Part shown: piece after piece, positions 59,638-64,000 of the stretch
Numbering within the stretch: the first letter of the stretch is position 1
Layout: the number at the start of each line of letters is the position of its first letter
Assembly: GCA_050633245.1 (NCBI GenBank)
Contig: JBOEGD010000001.1
Span: 304,883 to 368,882, forward strand
Reading direction: 5' to 3'
DNA from: Calditrichia bacterium
Lineage (GTDB): Bacteria; Calditrichota; Calditrichia; RBG-13-44-9; J075
Length of the DNA stretch: 64,000 nt
The notes under the pieces: model-generated
Seen by the model: only the letters and a program-made list of their open reading frames with translations
What the model was told of the DNA's origin: nothing
Databases searched by the model: none
Position numbers and translations under genes: made by a program

Positions 59638-60159
59638 TTAGTGCTGAGAATCGTTTTTTGCTCCGTAAGCTTTGGCAAAATCTTCTGCTATTTTCCAGGT
59701 ATCCCATATCGGTTTTTCTATAGCCGCTAAGGCAATGCTGTCAGCCTCTCCGCGGGATCGGATACTGTCGAATGCTTCATGCAGCTCACCACGAAGCGCA
59801 GGGTATGTTTCCAGGAATTCTATTGAGGCTTCCCAAGACTCAATATGTGCCTTAAATGCACTCGTGAATTCCTGCGGGCATTTGCTGAAATCGATCTGCC
59901 TGAGTGCTTTCGAATAGTTGCGAACTGTCTGAGCCAGAGTCGTATCTTTGGGAGCATTATTTCTTATGGCACCCAGTGCACTGTCTTTCTCCAGAACCAT
60001 TTTAATCGCTGCGGTATAAGATGATTCTTCAGAGGTTTCTTTCTGCGTCTCTGACTTTTTGCTTTCACAACCGCATATAAGTAGAATAAAAACAAGCAAA
60101 AAGGTGAAGGGATAATTATTTAGCCTACTTTTGTTTGCAGAAGAATGAGAAAAAATCAT
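59638..60159 (-). CDS. Hypothetical lipoprotein
   Basis: Hydrophobic stretch ending ICGC, then a helical domain. Confidence 0.6.
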   Translation of the reverse strand: MIFSHSSANKSRLNNYPFTFLLVFILLICGCESKKSETQKETSEESSYTAAIKMVLEKDSALGAIRNNAPKDTTLAQTVRNYSKALRQIDFSKCPQEFTSAFKAHIESWEASIEFLETYPALRGELHEAFDSIRSRGEADSIALAAIEKPIWDTWKIAEDFAKAYGAKNDSQH

Positions 60160-60291
60160 ATGATTATCCTCCAGTATGATAGCAGGTTAACGATACAAAA
60201 ATTTAGCCAGTGGCTTCTTCAGGAGCAACTCATTCCTGCCAAAAATTGTGCTGTATTTATTGCTATGCATATCAAGCCCAAATGTTCTCGC

Positions 60292-60687
60292 TTAATGAGG
60301 ATAACCGTCTTTTTGTCTCTCCCGTAAAATACCTCCCCAAATAGTTGCCGGAACCATTGTGAGTAAGTAGACCATTTTGTAAGAGGTTGGCTCTACTGAG
60401 ACAGCAATGATGATTGAAATAGTCGTAACAAGCGCCATGATGGTCGCCAAAACAACTGCATGTTTTGTTTCGGAATGCCCGGCAATGCGTGTCGCAACAT
60501 AACCTCCCAGCAGAGAGAAGAGGAGGTTGAATGGGATACTCGCTATGATTTTAATAGCTGGATCCCAATTAAAAACGGGCTGCACATAATTCATGACCAC
60601 AAAGGTCATATTCGAAACGGCCAGGATGAAGTAACCAACGAGAATTGAGGCAATGCTTCGCAAAATAGATCGCATGGAAAGGGACAT
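60292..60687 (-). CDS. Small 4-TM membrane protein
   Basis: Four hydrophobic segments; ATG 60687 behind GGAG. Confidence 0.7.
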   Translation of the reverse strand: MSLSMRSILRSIASILVGYFILAVSNMTFVVMNYVQPVFNWDPAIKIIASIPFNLLFSLLGGYVATRIAGHSETKHAVVLATIMALVTTISIIIAVSVEPTSYKMVYLLTMVPATIWGGILRERQKDGYPH

Positions 60688-60809
60688 GATAAGAGACTCC
60701 GTTGTATGGTGTGTGGAGATATTAACTACGCCATAAACTACGGAGATGTCGGCCGTGATTTTTGTTAATTCTTCCAAGGAACTCTAAGGAAAGCTGTTAA
60801 AATCAACTT

Positions 60810-61283
60810 TTACCAGCGGCTTATAAGGACAAGAACCTCCACTGCAACCTGAACGAGTAAAACCGTTAAGAATAAGGCAACAATGACGGAGATAACCAGA
60901 AAGCGGAGTCCAACGCGCTGCTCAAGCTGCGAAAGTAAAGACCTATGATTATTTGCTTCAACTGTTTCCGCGGGCAGTGGCTGCAAAAGCATGCGATAGC
61001 CAAATCGATGAAGTGTTTTAATATAGCGCGGTTTATGGGCGCTATCGCCCAGCGCTTTGCGAAGATTACTCACAGCAACAGTTAAGACTTCCTCGCTATG
61101 AATTCCATCGCCCCAGACTCCTTTAAGAATCTCATCCTTTGATAGGTTCCGACAGCTGTTTTCGGTAAAGTAGACCAACAGCTGCATCACGATGTGTTCA
61201 AGTTGTTGCGTCTGATTTTCGGAAACTAGTTCATTTGAGTCCGGCTTCACCAGCCATTTGCCAAGCTGAAAGGTATTACTCAC
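60810..61283 (-). CDS. CadC/ToxR-like membrane-anchored winged-helix regulator
   Basis: FQLGKWLV, SKDEILKGVW, LTVAVSNLRKALGD, YIKTLHRFGYR, C-terminal TM; GTG start about 61283. Confidence 0.85.
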   Translation of the reverse strand: MSNTFQLGKWLVKPDSNELVSENQTQQLEHIVMQLLVYFTENSCRNLSKDEILKGVWGDGIHSEEVLTVAVSNLRKALGDSAHKPRYIKTLHRFGYRMLLQPLPAETVEANNHRSLLSQLEQRVGLRFLVISVIVALFLTVLLVQVAVEVLVLISRW

Positions 61284-61462
61284 AATAGCATCCTTTTTCC
61301 AATTTGAACTGTAGCCCACCTTCTCGTAGTAATTACAAACAATAATAGTAATTCCTGAGAATTAAGGGACATTTTTTCTGAAGCTGCCTATCTCTACACC
61401 GCAACAGGTTTATTACATAACGACGCTTGAAGTGACAGAAAAGATCGCCTCTCATTTTTTTA

Positions 61463-61512
61463 TTGACATTGTAGCTTTCTACTAGTATGTTAGTTTTAAC
61501 TAATAGATTAGT
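61463..61512 (+). promoter_or_regulatory. blaI promoter with two ACTA-N6-TAGT operators
   Basis: TTGACA (61463)-17 nt-TATGTT; palindromes at 61481-61494 and 61499-61512. Confidence 0.7.
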
Positions 61513-61525
61513 AGGAAGGGGTAAA

Positions 61526-61900
61526 ATGTCAAAAAAACGTTTAGGCGATGTAGAGCTGGAAATCTACAATATTGTCTGCCGACGCAAAGAAGCATCGGTG
61601 CAGGAGGTAGTGGACGATATTAGCAAGAATCGGAAGACGGCCTATACATCAGTCATGACAACAATGAAGATTTTAGCGGACAAAGGATATTTAGCCTACA
61701 AACGCGTTGGCAAAAAGTTTGTGTATTCGCCGGCAATTCAGCCGGGAGAACTGCGACGCAGTCTGCTGGAACGCACGCTGGAAAGTGTCTTTGCCGGGTC
61801 GGCACTGGATCTGGTGCAATCACTTGTGAAATCAGAGAAAATCAGCAAATCCGAATTGGCTGAGATTAAAAAAATGCTAAACGAAATGGATGACGAATAA
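61526..61900 (+). CDS. BlaI/MecI/CopY-family repressor
   Basis: LGDVELEI, AYTSVMTTMKILADKGYL, FAGSALDLVQSL. Confidence 0.92.
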   Translation: MSKKRLGDVELEIYNIVCRRKEASVQEVVDDISKNRKTAYTSVMTTMKILADKGYLAYKRVGKKFVYSPAIQPGELRRSLLERTLESVFAGSALDLVQSLVKSEKISKSELAEIKKMLNEMDDE

Positions 61901-63636
61901 TGGAATATCTGCTGTCCTCACGCGACTGGATTTTTTATTTACTGCAGATCAACCTGATATGGAGCATTGGCTTTACGGTTTTGTTTCTTCTTCTGCGCAA
62001 TGGAAATCCAATAACCCGCTATCGAGCTTTCATGACGTTTCACTTGTTGCTGCCAATTGGACTGGTAGTCTCGCTGCTGTTAAATATGGATGGGGCGAGC
62101 TCAGCCGTCGTCTCCGATGAGCTGACGTATAACTTGTTCTATGAAACGCCGATGCTAAGTGACATTGCGCCAATTGCTGTCGACCCCATTCAGTCGGAGC
62201 CTGTTAATCAACTTTTTTCTACGGCCTTACTCTTTATAGCCGGAATAATAATGTTGCTGCTTGGTAAATTTGCTTTGCAGTGCTTTCAGCTCTTCCGTTT
62301 TGCCGGTGAAGAGGAAAGCGACTTAAAGGAAATAATGGATGAGCTGTCTGTCGAGATCGCCTTGAAGAAGAGGGTTCGCATGTTGCTGACTCGCTTTGCG
62401 ATTACCCCGTTTAGCTTTGGTTGGCGCCGGCCTTTAATCGTGATTCCGGAACTGATACGCGCGAAGTGTTCAGGCGAGCAGATACGAATGATCTTAAGGC
62501 ATGAGCTTATCCATATTCGCCGCAATGATTTTATCTACAATACACTACAAAAGCTAACGCGTATCTTCTTTGTTTACAATCCACTCATTCATCTAAGTGA
62601 TCGTCTGATAGACGACAATCGCGAAATCATTTGCGATCAACAGGTGCTGGAACTGCCGGGAGTATCCCGTAAGGCGTACGCCACAACGCTGCTAAAAGTA
62701 AACGAGATACTTTTCCCCGGCGTTCAACTATCGGCTGCTGTGCCATTCTATCGTAAATTTTCACAATTAAAAGGGAGAATTTCTATGATTAAGGATTATT
62801 CATCCAGTCAAATTTCTACTCAATACAAATTGACGGTCGGGATTATTACGCTGATTTGCCTCGTTGGCATGGCGCTGACTGCACTTCAGGCCGCTGAAGA
62901 TAATAAAGAACAGCTTTTCGAAAGCAAAAATCAAAAAGTTCGAATTACCAGCAACTATGTTGAAATAACGAAAGATGGTAAGAAGAATCGTTACGACAAA
63001 AACTCGCAGGAATTTGCGGAATGGCAGCGTCGCTTTGCTGTTTTGGAAACCTCTAAGGAAGAGTTAATGAGACGCGAAGCAGAATTGAAAGCAGATCATG
63101 ATGCGATGGTTCAGGAGAGGAAGCTTGCGATTCAGCAAAAACGTCTTGAGCTCGAACTGATGCAGGAGCAATTGAAGCAGGAACGCTCTCAAGCTCAAAA
63201 ATCCACTGTACAATCCCAAAATGATAGGCAGCAGAGCGTTGAACTTCGCCGCAAGCTGATTGAGGAACAGCGCCAGCAGCTGCAAAAGATGCAGGAAAAT
63301 ACCTCTCTTAAAATTGATAAACTGCAACAGCATGTTATGCAATTATCCGAGGAGTTAAGGACACGCAAAGCTCAACTGGATAGCAAAAGAGAAACAATTG
63401 CACCCAAAGTTGATGAGATGGACACGATTATCAATGCATTGCGACGTCAGCTACAGAAGGATGGCCTAATCGGAAAGAATGAAAAATACTTCAATTTCCA
63501 TATGGAGGCAGATCGTATAGAAGTGGATGACAAGCGTATTGCTGACAACTACTATGATCGTTACCGGAAGCTTATTGAGCGTATTAAGGGAAAGGAAATG
63601 ACGTTTCCATATACGGCGAGCGTTGTGAAGAGTTAG
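61900..63636 (+). CDS. BlaR1-like M56 metallopeptidase with coiled-coil C-terminal region
   Basis: PFSFG, HELIH, FVYNP, REIICD, LKGRI; translationally coupled to blaI (TAATG). Confidence 0.9.
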   Translation: MEYLLSSRDWIFYLLQINLIWSIGFTVLFLLLRNGNPITRYRAFMTFHLLLPIGLVVSLLLNMDGASSAVVSDELTYNLFYETPMLSDIAPIAVDPIQSEPVNQLFSTALLFIAGIIMLLLGKFALQCFQLFRFAGEEESDLKEIMDELSVEIALKKRVRMLLTRFAITPFSFGWRRPLIVIPELIRAKCSGEQIRMILRHELIHIRRNDFIYNTLQKLTRIFFVYNPLIHLSDRLIDDNREIICDQQVLELPGVSRKAYATTLLKVNEILFPGVQLSAAVPFYRKFSQLKGRISMIKDYSSSQISTQYKLTVGIITLICLVGMALTALQAAEDNKEQLFESKNQKVRITSNYVEITKDGKKNRYDKNSQEFAEWQRRFAVLETSKEELMRREAELKADHDAMVQERKLAIQQKRLELELMQEQLKQERSQAQKSTVQSQNDRQQSVELRRKLIEEQRQQLQKMQENTSLKIDKLQQHVMQLSEELRTRKAQLDSKRETIAPKVDEMDTIINALRRQLQKDGLIGKNEKYFNFHMEADRIEVDDKRIADNYYDRYRKLIERIKGKEMTFPYTASVVKS

Positions 63637-63731
63637 ATGAATCGTGAATCATTAGTATAATAACTTATCGAACAGATTTAAGAACTCCAGAGGGGTGATA
63701 CAAAGGCTATAGTACTAATAGTCAATGTAAC

Positions 63732-64000
63732 TTAACGAAGTAGCAGCATTTTTTTGGTCATGATAAACCTGTTCGAAACCATTGTAAATAAATAGACACC
63801 GGAGGCAACGTTTTTATCGCGAGAATCTTTACCGTTCCAGATCTCGGCATGAGCGCCAGCAGCTTTGTACGAGTCTACCAGCGTTGTCACCTCAAGACCT
63901 AAGGTGTCGTATATCTTTAGTGAAACCTGGCTTCCAATTGGAATCGAATACTTGATTGTGGTGCTGGGATTAAACGGATTGGGATAATTTTGAAATAGTT
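63732..64000 (-). CDS. 3' end (T9SS CTD) of a gene starting beyond the window
   Basis: LFQNYPNPFNPSTTIKYSIP...VASGVY...KKMLLLR-stop. Confidence 0.85.
   Translation of the reverse strand, partial: LFQNYPNPFNPSTTIKYSIPIGSQVSLKIYDTLGLEVTTLVDSYKAAGAHAEIWNGKDSRDKNVASGVYLFTMVSNRFIMTKKMLLLR

Noticed and set aside
1-64000. Many short ORFs (60-190 aa) overlapping the called genes
   Set aside because: They are antisense or off-frame shadows of motif-supported genes and show no recognisable domains
1-64000. CRISPR array or other repeat-spacer array
   Set aside because: No regularly spaced repeats with unique spacers were seen; the repeats found are REP-like elements, heptamers, operators or coding repeats

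Overview
Chromosomal segment of a diderm bacterium with about 55 CDS or CDS fragments and one tRNA-Arg(CCT). I found no CRISPR array, integrase, transposase or phage genes. Seven coding segments end in a Por/T9SS type-A C-terminal sorting domain (PNPFN motif), yet the promoters are canonical TTGACA/TATAAT with GGAG ribosome-binding sites. This suggests a Calditrichota/KSB1/Ignavibacteria-like lineage rather than Bacteroidia (inference). Recognisable modules: ppk2 plus an NTT-type nucleotide carrier; gntP-gntK-GH3; a sulfotransferase/DegT/FemAB-like/Wzx/acyltransferase glycan-modification cluster; diheme cytochrome c with an iorAB-type molybdoenzyme; an AcrR-like TetR with a protease and serine hydrolase; a fused L-serine dehydratase; a GH109/symporter/GHMP kinase/nucleotidyltransferase sugar-salvage cluster; and BlaI/BlaR1. 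The most notable unexplained signals are a structured, terminator-ended ORF-free region at about 2020-2330 (candidate sRNA), several end-paired 5' leaders, a Tat plus CTD intradiol dioxygenase, a duplicated promoter/start segment bracketing an inserted gene, and a head-to-head junction of two gene 3' fragments. All calls come from reading motifs by eye; no database searches were run.
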